Positions 6,535 to 14,631 of a DNA stretch of 28,740 nt are shown here, in pieces; positions within the stretch are counted from its first letter, which is position 1, and each line of letters opens with the position of its first letter. Made by a program: the position numbers and the translations under genes. The notes beneath the pieces are model-generated. The model saw only the letters and a program-made list of their open reading frames with translations, was not told where the DNA came from and ran no database searches. Origin of the DNA: a virus (Duplodnaviria > Caudoviricetes); the IMG/VR virus record IMGVR_UViG_3300025168_000467, positions 1 to 28,740 of that record; one strand, given 5' to 3'.

Positions 6535-6966
6535 ATGCTTGATGATACTCTATTAGAAATTCCTAAATTTCTGAAAGACAACGCTATGAAGCCTGATACT
6601 ACCAAATCTGAACCTAAGTCTAAAATAGGTGATACCTATATAACTAAGGACGGTTGGGAAATGAAGTATAGCTCAGGCGGCTATTGGATACCTATAAAAG
6701 ATACCAATGCCGTTGAGTCTAATAGCAGGGAAGAGGTTAGACAATATATCTTAAATGAGTTTAAGTTATTACCGCCTAACTCAATTAAGAAAAAACCTTT
6801 TCTAAAACTATTGAGACGTAATGCTCCTGACATTAATCCTAGCTCTATTAATAGACAGCTTAACAACTTGCTAAAGCTGAGAGCTTTAGAGATAACTCAG
6901 GAATACAAGACAAAACGATTCGTTATTGGAGGTAAAAACTTTAACGCTTATTACAAAAAACTTTAG
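6535..6966 (+). CDS. early protein with an N-terminal FtsZ-tail-like peptide and a possible C-terminal winged-helix domain
   Basis: AAGGG RBS; N-terminus DDTLLEIPKFLK; C-terminal INPSSINRQLNNLLKLRALEI followed by a beta-hairpin-like segment. Confidence 0.8.
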   Translation: MLDDTLLEIPKFLKDNAMKPDTTKSEPKSKIGDTYITKDGWEMKYSSGGYWIPIKDTNAVESNSREEVRQYILNEFKLLPPNSIKKKPFLKLLRRNAPDINPSSINRQLNNLLKLRALEITQEYKTKRFVIGGKNFNAYYKKL

Positions 6967-7019
6967 AACGAAACGCCTAGAAATAGGCGTCTGTGGATTA
7001 ATTCCATACTGATGAGTTC
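6966..7019 (+). ncRNA. hammerhead ribozyme HHR6, type II
   Basis: Stem II GAAC/GTTC, GAAA 6970-6973, stem III CGCCTA-gaaa-TAGGCG, GTC (cut after 6991), stem I TGTGGA/TCCATA, CTGATGA 7009-7015. Confidence 0.93.
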
Positions 7020-7091
7020 AGTACATATTGACGCAGTAGTGCGTTATATGCTTAGATAACTTAAAATTACTGTTGGGAGGTGATTTGTTAT

Positions 7092-7223
7092 ATGAAACAT
7101 ACAACACCAAAAATATTTAATATTTACTGGTTTAGTGCAACTACTAAAACAACAAGTATGAGTCTTGGAAGTCAAACAGGATTTTTTACTGACCAAAGTA
7201 ATGCACCCAATATAACGAGATAG
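7092..7223 (+). CDS. 43-aa hypothetical peptide
   Basis: GGGAGGT RBS at 7075-7081; MKHTTPKIFNIYWFSATTKTTSMSLGSQTGFFTDQSNAPNITR. Confidence 0.55.
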   Translation: MKHTTPKIFNIYWFSATTKTTSMSLGSQTGFFTDQSNAPNITR

Positions 7224-7231
7224 GAGTCAAG

Positions 7232-7354
7232 ATGAATTTTTATTTATTCAGCATTTATGTTGAAAAATATTCGAAGTGGGTTTCTTTTAGAACTATCACT
7301 AATAGATACGAGTTCATTGTTGATTTTGGCTATTGGCGTGTATATGTGCTGTAG
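7232..7354 (+). CDS. 40-aa aromatic-rich peptide
   Basis: AGGAG RBS; MNFYLFSIYVEKYSKWVSFRTITNRYEFIVDFGYWRVYVL. Confidence 0.65.
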   Translation: MNFYLFSIYVEKYSKWVSFRTITNRYEFIVDFGYWRVYVL

Positions 7355-7425
7355 CTAAATACTCGTAGTGTGATTTACTTACGTCTCCACACTAGAAAAA
7401 CTGAACTAAGTAACGGAAGCATATA

Positions 7426-7764
7426 ATGATGACTAAAGGATATAACTTACTAAAGATAATAGAGGAAATGCGTAAGTTTGACCCTTTGTTGGAAAGTCAA
7501 GCCATAGCAATATTTTTTGTGGTTTGCCTCAATGGAGGAAAAGACGGAATATCAATGCAGGATATTTCGGAGAAGCTAGACCTAGCTCAATCAACTGTTA
7601 GCAGAAATGTATTTAAACTATCATTTACTAATAGACACAGAGAGCGTGGAATAGATTTATTAGAAGCGTTTGAAGACCCTATGGAGAGAAGACGTAAGCT
7701 AGTAAAATTAACGGCTAAGGGAAAGCGAGTGTATGAGACACTTGCTGAGTTAGTCAAAAAATAG
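7426..7764 (+). CDS. MarR-family winged-helix transcriptional regulator (candidate lysogeny regulator)
   Basis: HTH ISMQDISEKLDLAQSTVSRNV and wing EDPMERRRKLVKLTAKG; directly upstream of the integrase. Confidence 0.9.
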   Translation: MMTKGYNLLKIIEEMRKFDPLLESQAIAIFFVVCLNGGKDGISMQDISEKLDLAQSTVSRNVFKLSFTNRHRERGIDLLEAFEDPMERRRKLVKLTAKGKRVYETLAELVKK

Positions 7765-7775
7765 AGGAGGATATT

Positions 7776-8666
7776 ATTAAAAATCCAAAACTACTAACTG
7801 AAATTCACAAAAAACTAACCCATAAAGGGTGGGAGTCTTTACAAGCTAAACGAGCTTTAAAAGTGATAGAGCTTTTAGGTCAAGCAATGCTTGTAACGGA
7901 AGTGAATGAGACTCATGTTGAGCATTTAGTTAATACGCTTGAGGAGCGAGGGCTACAAGGTAGCACCATTAATCGTTACTTAGCGTCTTTATCTAAAATG
8001 TTATCTTACGCACACAAAAGACATGCAATCTATCACATGGAGCGTATGCCTTTTATTGAGTGGCATGAGGAGAACGAAGGACGAGACCGCTATCTAATGC
8101 CTGAAGAAGAGCAGGAGATGATTAAGTTATTGACCGATTGGAATATGACTGACTATCTTGAGCTTTACTTATTCTTAATTGATACAGGTATGCGATTAGG
8201 GGAAGCTCTATCTTTTAAGAAGTCAAATGTAACTATCAATGAAGTTAACAATAAAAAGAAACTTGTTGTTAATCTAAAAGGTAGTCAGACCAAAAATGGT
8301 CATAAGAGAAGTATACCTTTGACAGAAAGAGCTAAATCTATTGTTTTACCATTGTATGACAATACTGAGCGTAATGACAAAATATTCTCTCATCTAAATT
8401 ATTGGAGAGCAGAAAATGTTTGGCGTAAGCTCAGAAAAGAAATGGACTTACAAGATGATAAAGATTTTGTAATACATTGTCTTAGACATACCTGTGCGAC
8501 AAGACTAGCACAGTCAGGTAAAATAGAATTGCATCTTGTAGGTGAAATGTTAGGTCATAGAAGTTGGGTAATGATTAAACGCTACTCACATTTAATACCT
8601 AGCAATTTATTAGGAGCGATAGATGTCTTGGATAATCATAATAATAGTCAATCCGTTACTGGATAG
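7776..8666 (+). CDS. int: tyrosine recombinase / phage integrase
   Basis: Catalytic residues R (TGMRLGE), K (TKNG), HCLRH, LGH and RY are intact. The frame is open upstream of GTG 7863 back to ATT 7776, behind GAGGAGG. Confidence 0.95.
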   Translation: MKNPKLLTEIHKKLTHKGWESLQAKRALKVIELLGQAMLVTEVNETHVEHLVNTLEERGLQGSTINRYLASLSKMLSYAHKRHAIYHMERMPFIEWHEENEGRDRYLMPEEEQEMIKLLTDWNMTDYLELYLFLIDTGMRLGEALSFKKSNVTINEVNNKKKLVVNLKGSQTKNGHKRSIPLTERAKSIVLPLYDNTERNDKIFSHLNYWRAENVWRKLRKEMDLQDDKDFVIHCLRHTCATRLAQSGKIELHLVGEMLGHRSWVMIKRYSHLIPSNLLGAIDVLDNHNNSQSVTG

Positions 8667-8751
8667 GCTTACAAATTAAGATTTATCCTTTGTTAAAAAA
8701 ATAAATTGTAGGAGCGGAATAATCGCTGTATACAGTCAAAAATTAAAACAT

Positions 8752-8794
<43 letters not shown>

Positions 8795-8866
8795 TTGTAC
8801 CTATCCTCAAGTAATTAGGTTGTTTAATTTTCCTCTGTTTGGCAGTATGTAGCCACTATCCGCTCC

Positions 8867-8887
8867 TATTAAAGTTCCCATAGTAGA
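8867..8887 (+). promoter_or_regulatory. putative phage RNAP promoter upstream of the RNAP gene
   Basis: TATTAAAGTTCCCATAGTAGA, identical to 4024-4044. Confidence 0.7.
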
Positions 8888-8924
8888 TACTTAAACTATT
8901 AACACAATTAATAAGGAGTTAATT

Positions 8925-11375
8925 TTGACAACAACAAAACTTTTAGAAGTAGTACCTAATTATAATGACGAATTATCTCACGAAAAAGAGATGAAATTAC
9001 TTGGTCAACAACGCACCAATAAGCGTTTAAATTCCCATATACAAAGAGAAGAAGAGTCAGTGACTAGCTATGGTAAAGTTATGGTAGCCACGACAATCAG
9101 ACCTTTAGCAGATGCCATTGAACAGTATTTTAAGACTTGCCATCATGCCACTATTGGTCAGCCGCCTATCGCTTATGTAAAGATGTCTAATATTTCACCT
9201 GACATTCTAGCCTTAATTACAGGTAAACACATTATCAATACAATTACACAATCAAAACCATTAACCGCTACAAGCATATCACTAGGCGGTAAAGTGGAGA
9301 CTGAGGAAGCCTTAAAGAATTTTCAGGCGTTAAATCCTGAGCTATACGAGACAGTCAAACAAGACCTCGACAAGAGGTCATACAATTACGGCTACAAAAG
9401 ACGTAAATTAAAAGAGAGTGCTAAAAGAGGTGAGGTATCTTGGGAAGAGTGGACTACTCCTCAAAAACTTCATGTAGGATTAAGGCTTATTGAGCTGATG
9501 ATACAATCTACAGGCATGATTGAGATAGCTACAGAAACTATTAATCGTAAGAAAACTAAAATTATTAAGCAAACACAGAAAACTAGAGAATGGATTAAAA
9601 ATAGAAATGGTTTCAATGAGCTTTTAAATCCTGAGTATTTACCAACTGTTATGATGCCTAAACAATGGACATCTCCTGAAGGTGGTGGTTACTGGACGAA
9701 AGAGCTTCCTGAGTTAGACTTGGTAAAACAAAAAAATAAGATGTTTAAAAAAGAGCTTGAAAATTTTGAGATGCCTGAAGTTTATAGTGCAATTAACAAC
9801 ATGCAGAATACGCCATTTAAAATTAACAGTTATATCTTAGGCGTACTACAGGAAGCATGGGACAGAGGTTTGTCTGTTGGTGGTTTACCTCCAAGTGAAA
9901 ATATAGATGTACCTAACAAGCCTACTGACATTGATACAAATGAAGTAGCTCGTAAAGCATGGAAGAAAGAGGCTGTTATTGCTCATACGGAAAATGCTAG
10001 AATGTTTAGTAAGAGATTACTGTACGCAAAGATAATCTGGTCTGCACAAAAATTTAAAGACTACGAGTCTATTTACTTTCCTTTACAAATGGATTTTAGA
10101 GGACGAGTATATTGTGTACCTGCGTTCTTAAATTATCAAAGCATTGAAGGAGCTAAGGCTCTCTTACAATTCTCTAATGGTAAAGAAATAACGGAAGAGA
10201 ATAACGGTGCGTTTTGGTTAGCCGTACATGGAGCTAACATGTGGGGTGAAGATAAAATTACCCTTGAGGAGAGAGTTAAGTGGGTACATAAGAATGAAGA
10301 CATGTTTTTTAAATGTGCTGATGACCCATTTACAAATAGAGATTGGGAACAAGCCTCAAATCCATTCATGGCTTTAGCGTGGTGTGAGGAGTGGTGGCAG
10401 TTTAAACAACAAGGCTACGGATATGTTTCTAATTTACCAGTGTCTATTGACGGTTCTTGTAATGGTCTGCAACTTTATTCTTTAATGTTAAAAGATGCAC
10501 AGGCAGGTAAGCTCGTTAATGTAGTGCCGTCAGATAAGCCTCAAGACATTTATCAAATAGTAGCGGATAATGTTAATGAGAAATTAAAAGAAGATGCAAG
10601 AGAAGGTAAGCCATATGCACAGCAATGGTTAGACTACGGCGTTAAACGTAGCACAACTAAAAGAAGTATTATGACAATTTGTTATGGCTCAACAAGGTAC
10701 TCATGCACAGACTTTGTTGTTGAAGACTTAACAAAAAGAAAAGATAAAGGAGAAGAACACCCTTTTGATATTGATGTCTTTAGACCTGCCTCTTATTTAG
10801 CAGGTGTGATATGGGATAGTATTGGAGACAACTTAACCTCAGCAAGAATAGGTATGGATTACCTTCAAAGTATAGCGAGGATTGTTTCAAAAGAACAATT
10901 ACCTATTCACTGGTTAACGCCTATTGGATTTCCAGTGTATCAATCTTATCCTGAAATGAAATCTAAAAGAGTTAAGGCAATGTTAATGGGTGAGGTAATT
11001 AAACCTCGTATTAATACTGAAACAGATAAAACAGATAGGCTTAGAATGTCTAATGCAATAGCACCTAATGTTATTCATTCGATAGACTCAGCATGTCTTT
11101 TAAAAACTGTAAACTTAGCTAATCTTAATGGGGTAAGAAATTTTGCAAATGTGCATGACAGTTTTGGAACAACGGCGGCAGATGTAGAGACTTTAATAAC
11201 ATGTTTAAAAGAGTCTTTTATTAATGTGTTTACACAGACAAACGTCCTCCAAGATTTTAGAGATGATGTGGAAGCTCAGTTACCTGAGAAGCTACGTCAT
11301 AAATTACCACAAGTACCTGCACAAGGTGATTTGGAAATAGAAAATCTCAGACAATGTGACTTTTTCTTTGCCTAA
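8925..11375 (+). CDS. T7-like single-subunit RNA polymerase (gp1)
   Basis: DFRGRVY, DGSCNGLQ, RSTTKRSIMTICYG, HDSFGT and C-terminal FFFA; TAAGGAG RBS with a TTG start. Confidence 0.98.
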   Translation: MTTTKLLEVVPNYNDELSHEKEMKLLGQQRTNKRLNSHIQREEESVTSYGKVMVATTIRPLADAIEQYFKTCHHATIGQPPIAYVKMSNISPDILALITGKHIINTITQSKPLTATSISLGGKVETEEALKNFQALNPELYETVKQDLDKRSYNYGYKRRKLKESAKRGEVSWEEWTTPQKLHVGLRLIELMIQSTGMIEIATETINRKKTKIIKQTQKTREWIKNRNGFNELLNPEYLPTVMMPKQWTSPEGGGYWTKELPELDLVKQKNKMFKKELENFEMPEVYSAINNMQNTPFKINSYILGVLQEAWDRGLSVGGLPPSENIDVPNKPTDIDTNEVARKAWKKEAVIAHTENARMFSKRLLYAKIIWSAQKFKDYESIYFPLQMDFRGRVYCVPAFLNYQSIEGAKALLQFSNGKEITEENNGAFWLAVHGANMWGEDKITLEERVKWVHKNEDMFFKCADDPFTNRDWEQASNPFMALAWCEEWWQFKQQGYGYVSNLPVSIDGSCNGLQLYSLMLKDAQAGKLVNVVPSDKPQDIYQIVADNVNEKLKEDAREGKPYAQQWLDYGVKRSTTKRSIMTICYGSTRYSCTDFVVEDLTKRKDKGEEHPFDIDVFRPASYLAGVIWDSIGDNLTSARIGMDYLQSIARIVSKEQLPIHWLTPIGFPVYQSYPEMKSKRVKAMLMGEVIKPRINTETDKTDRLRMSNAIAPNVIHSIDSACLLKTVNLANLNGVRNFANVHDSFGTTAADVETLITCLKESFINVFTQTNVLQDFRDDVEAQLPEKLRHKLPQVPAQGDLEIENLRQCDFFFA

Positions 11376-11413
11376 ACCTATGCAACTACGGATAGCAAAC
11401 CACTATGGGATAG

Positions 11414-11431
11414 TAAAGTACCCATAGTAGA
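11414..11431 (+). promoter_or_regulatory. putative phage RNAP promoter for the replication genes
   Basis: TAAAGTACCCATAGTAGA, 17/18 identical to the 4027/8870 motif; intergenic, after RNAP. Confidence 0.7.
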
Positions 11432-11449
11432 CATGAAAGGTCAACAATT

Positions 11450-11554
11450 ATGATTAACGAAAAATATAGAAACTTACCATTAGACGAAGCAGTCGCACTA
11501 ATGGCTAAAGGTTGGATACTAGAGGAGATTGAAGAAGATGGCGAAGAACAATAA
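11450..11554 (+). CDS. 34-aa acidic peptide
   Basis: GAAAGG RBS; MINEKYRNLPLDEAVALMAKGWILEEIEEDGEEQ. Confidence 0.65.
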   Translation: MINEKYRNLPLDEAVALMAKGWILEEIEEDGEEQ

Positions 11555-12155
11555 TACAAAAATAATTACACCAGTCGGTGTTAGTCAGTACGCATGGCTA
11601 ACAACGGCTGATACTCGTTTTGATGAGATAGGTCATTTTAAAACGAACCTTATTGTGGAGACTGATAAAGTTCAGCAAACAATAAAAGCTATTGATGATG
11701 AGCTTTCTAAAAGTTTATCTCTTGCACAAGAGAAAAGCAAAGGAAAGAAAATCAAACAAGCTGATGCTCCATATTTTGAGGAGCTTGATGATGATGGTAA
11801 ACCTACAGGGAATACTATTTTCAAGTTCAAGACTAAAGCACAAATTATTTCTAAGGACGGCAAGGTAATACCTAATAGGGTAGCTATCTTTGACAGCAAG
11901 GGAACACCAATGGTGGACGCTAATGTCTGGTCAGGTTCGGAGATGAAAGTTAGTGCAGAGTTAATTCCTTATTACACCGCTATGGCAGGTGCAGGTGTTT
12001 CTCTTAGATTGAGAGCAGTACAGATAACTAAACTTGTTGAAGGTGGTAGCAGTAATGCAAAAGGTTACGGCTTTGACGAAGTTGAAGACGGTTATAAATT
12101 TGAAAGTAAGGAAACAGATGTTCAAGAGACGGCTGAAGAGGAGTCTGACTTCTAA
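11538..12155 (+). CDS. ssDNA-binding protein (T7 gp2.5-like)
   Basis: TPVG..YAWL, GVSLRLRAVQ, acidic tail ending in Phe (EEESDF). Confidence 0.93.
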   Translation: MAKNNNTKIITPVGVSQYAWLTTADTRFDEIGHFKTNLIVETDKVQQTIKAIDDELSKSLSLAQEKSKGKKIKQADAPYFEELDDDGKPTGNTIFKFKTKAQIISKDGKVIPNRVAIFDSKGTPMVDANVWSGSEMKVSAELIPYYTAMAGAGVSLRLRAVQITKLVEGGSSNAKGYGFDEVEDGYKFESKETDVQETAEEESDF

Positions 12156-12534
12156 ACAAGTCGGACTTAGACATGGCTTCAGGTCAGGACTCGAAGAGCG
12201 TATTGCAGATGAGTTACGAAGTTATCGTGTTAGGTATGAATTTGAAGAGACAAAGTTGAAATATACTAAGCCTGAGAAAATCCATACCTATACACCTGAC
12301 TTCTATTTACCTAAGCAAAATATTTATATTGAAACTAAGGGATTGTTTACCAGTCAAGACCGTCAGAAAATGCGGTTCATAAAAGAACAACACCCTGAGT
12401 TAGACATACGATTTGTTTTTAGTAATGCTAAAGCAAAGATAAGCAAGAAGTCAAAAACTACCTACGGAATGTGGGCAGAGAAATATGGTTTTAAATATGC
12501 AGATAAGCATATTCCTAAAGAATGGTTAAAATGA
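12118..12534 (+). CDS. endonuclease I / Holliday junction resolvase (T7 gp3-like)
   Basis: FRSGLEE, YTPDF, IETKG, QHPELDIRFVF, IPKEWL. Confidence 0.95.
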   Translation: MFKRRLKRSLTSKQVGLRHGFRSGLEERIADELRSYRVRYEFEETKLKYTKPEKIHTYTPDFYLPKQNIYIETKGLFTSQDRQKMRFIKEQHPELDIRFVFSNAKAKISKKSKTTYGMWAEKYGFKYADKHIPKEWLK

Positions 12535-12956
12535 GAAATGAAAGATTAGACACAAAATATATTGTTATTCATTCGTCTGATACATCTCCTGAAAAAGATT
12601 TGAATGTAGAAGACCTTGATACACAGCACCGTAAAGAAGGTATTTTTTCTGTTGGCTTTCATAAAATAATTACTCGTTCAGGTGAGATACAAAATGGACG
12701 AGACATAAAATTATCTGGTGTTCATGTAAACAACGCAGGAAAAATTACTAATGCTAATAGTATTGGTATTTGTCTGGTTGGTGGTAGCACTGAAGATAAT
12801 ATGCCTGATTGTAATTTTACTTTTAGTCAGTATCAAGCACTTGTGGAGCTTGTAAATGATTTAAAAAAAGATTATAAATCGGCTGTTGTTGTTGGCTACA
12901 GAGATGTAGCTGACGTCCTGACTCCGCACTTCAATATAACGGAGTTGTTGAGTTAG
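12531..12956 (+). CDS. T7 gp3.5-like N-acetylmuramoyl-L-alanine amidase fold, probably inactive
   Basis: IVIHSS, SIGICLVGG and FTFSQ motifs; C-terminal Zn ligands are altered (GYRD, no Cys). Confidence 0.88.
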   Translation: MRNERLDTKYIVIHSSDTSPEKDLNVEDLDTQHRKEGIFSVGFHKIITRSGEIQNGRDIKLSGVHVNNAGKITNANSIGICLVGGSTEDNMPDCNFTFSQYQALVELVNDLKKDYKSAVVVGYRDVADVLTPHFNITELLS

Positions 12957-12964
12957 TTGTTGTT

Positions 12965-12998
12965 ACCCTCTGAGTAGAAATACTCAGGGGGTTTTTTA
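12965..12998 (+). terminator. intrinsic terminator
   Basis: ACCCTCTGAGTA-gaaa-TACTCAGGGGGT followed by a T-run. Confidence 0.85.
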
Positions 12999-13029
12999 TT
13001 TCCCCAAATATTTCACCTAAAAAATTTAT

Positions 13030-14631
13030 ATGCAAAACACAGAAAGCAATTTTCTATACCATGCTCCATGCGAGGTATGTAATTCTAAAGATAACAAAGC
13101 AGTTTATGATGACGGACATACATATTGCTTTGGCTGTCAAACAACAACTAAAGAAGGAGACAATTCATTGCAACAAACATTCACACCTATTAATACTGAT
13201 TTTATTCAAGGTCAGATAACTCCCTTAACAAAAAGAAAAATAGATACTAATACAGTACAAAAATACAAGTATGAAACTGGTACACATAATAATCAGCCAG
13301 TGCAAATTGCAAACTATTATAATAAAGATAAACAATTAGTAGCACAGAAACTACGCTACCCTGATAAAACTTTTCAATGGTTGGGTGACAGTAAACAAGC
13401 AGGTTTATTTGGTCAGCAACTTTGGAGAGATAAAGGTCGTATGATAATCGTCACTGAGGGTGAAGTTGATTGTCTATCTGTAAGTAAAACTAATCAAAAT
13501 AAATTTCCAGTAGTAAGTATTAAAACTGGTGCGGCAGGAGCTAAAAAAGATTTAGCCAAAGAGCTTGAGTTCTTAGAAGGTTATGAGTCTGTTGTATTAA
13601 TGTTTGACCAAGATGATGCAGGTCAAAAAGCGGCATTAGAATGTGCTAAATTATTTTCCCCAAACAAAGCAAAGATTTGTACCTTACCTCTTAAAGACGC
13701 TAACGAAATGTTAGTGTCAGGTAAAGTAAAAGAATTAACTGACTGTATATTCTCAAGTAAAGAATATAAACCTGATGGCATAGTATTAGGTTCTGATTTA
13801 TGGAATGAGATTAAGAAGGAAGACAAGTATGTCAGTGTTGACTATCCATTTCCTAGTCTCAATGTAAAAACACATGGTCTTAGAAAAGGTGAGCTAGTCA
13901 CCATTACGGCAGGTAGTGGAGTAGGGAAGAGTTCATTTTGTAGGCATGTAGCTTTAGATTTATTAAAGAAAGATTTTAAGGTTGGTTACATAGCATTAGA
14001 GGAAAGCGTTAAGCGTTCAGCCTTGGGTATCATGGGTGTTGAATTAAAAAAACCATTACATTTAACAAGGGAAGGCGTGAATGAACAACAACTGGAGACC
14101 GTCTTTAAATCAACTGTTGGTAATGGGAATTTTTATTTATATAATCACTTCGGTTCTACCGTTGCTGATAACTTACTTAACAAAATAAGATACTTAGCTA
14201 AATCATGTGAGGTAGACTTTGTTATCTTAGACCACTTACACATGGCTCTATCAGCATTAGGTGATGAGCATACAAGTGATGAGCGTAAACTCATAGACTA
14301 CACCGTATCTAAACTTAGGACATTAGTAGAAGAGACAGGCATAGGTATGATTTTAGTATCACACCTAAGCAGAACAAAAGACGGCAACAAAGGTTATGAA
14401 GATGGCGTTGCTGTTAGTATGAATAGTCTAAGAGGGTCAGCTAGTATTGGTCAGTTATCAGATTTAATCTTATCTATTTCAAGAGACTTACAAGATGAGA
14501 AAAATTTAGCTCAAGTCAACGTACTTAAAAATCGTTTTAGCGGAGAGACAGGTAAGGCTTGTCATTTATATTATGATTTAGAAACTGGGTGTTTGAATGA
14601 AGTTAAGGAGGACACAATTAATGAGTTCTAA
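13030..14631 (+). CDS. primase-helicase (T7 gp4-like)
   Basis: Zn finger CEVC...CFGC, TOPRIM EGEVD and FDQD, Walker A GSGVGKS, ILDHLH, LVSHL, LRGS, KNRFSG. Confidence 0.97.
   Translation: MQNTESNFLYHAPCEVCNSKDNKAVYDDGHTYCFGCQTTTKEGDNSLQQTFTPINTDFIQGQITPLTKRKIDTNTVQKYKYETGTHNNQPVQIANYYNKDKQLVAQKLRYPDKTFQWLGDSKQAGLFGQQLWRDKGRMIIVTEGEVDCLSVSKTNQNKFPVVSIKTGAAGAKKDLAKELEFLEGYESVVLMFDQDDAGQKAALECAKLFSPNKAKICTLPLKDANEMLVSGKVKELTDCIFSSKEYKPDGIVLGSDLWNEIKKEDKYVSVDYPFPSLNVKTHGLRKGELVTITAGSGVGKSSFCRHVALDLLKKDFKVGYIALEESVKRSALGIMGVELKKPLHLTREGVNEQQLETVFKSTVGNGNFYLYNHFGSTVADNLLNKIRYLAKSCEVDFVILDHLHMALSALGDEHTSDERKLIDYTVSKLRTLVEETGIGMILVSHLSRTKDGNKGYEDGVAVSMNSLRGSASIGQLSDLILSISRDLQDEKNLAQVNVLKNRFSGETGKACHLYYDLETGCLNEVKEDTINEF

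Noticed and set aside
7024-7056. Sigma70 promoter at TTGACG 7028
   Set aside because: No good -10 at 16-18 bp. The segment is better explained as an RNA hairpin (7024-7050) following HHR6.
12034-12117. Long N-terminal extension of the endonuclease
   Set aside because: It overlaps the SSB gene extensively; ATG 12118 has an RBS and gives the expected size.
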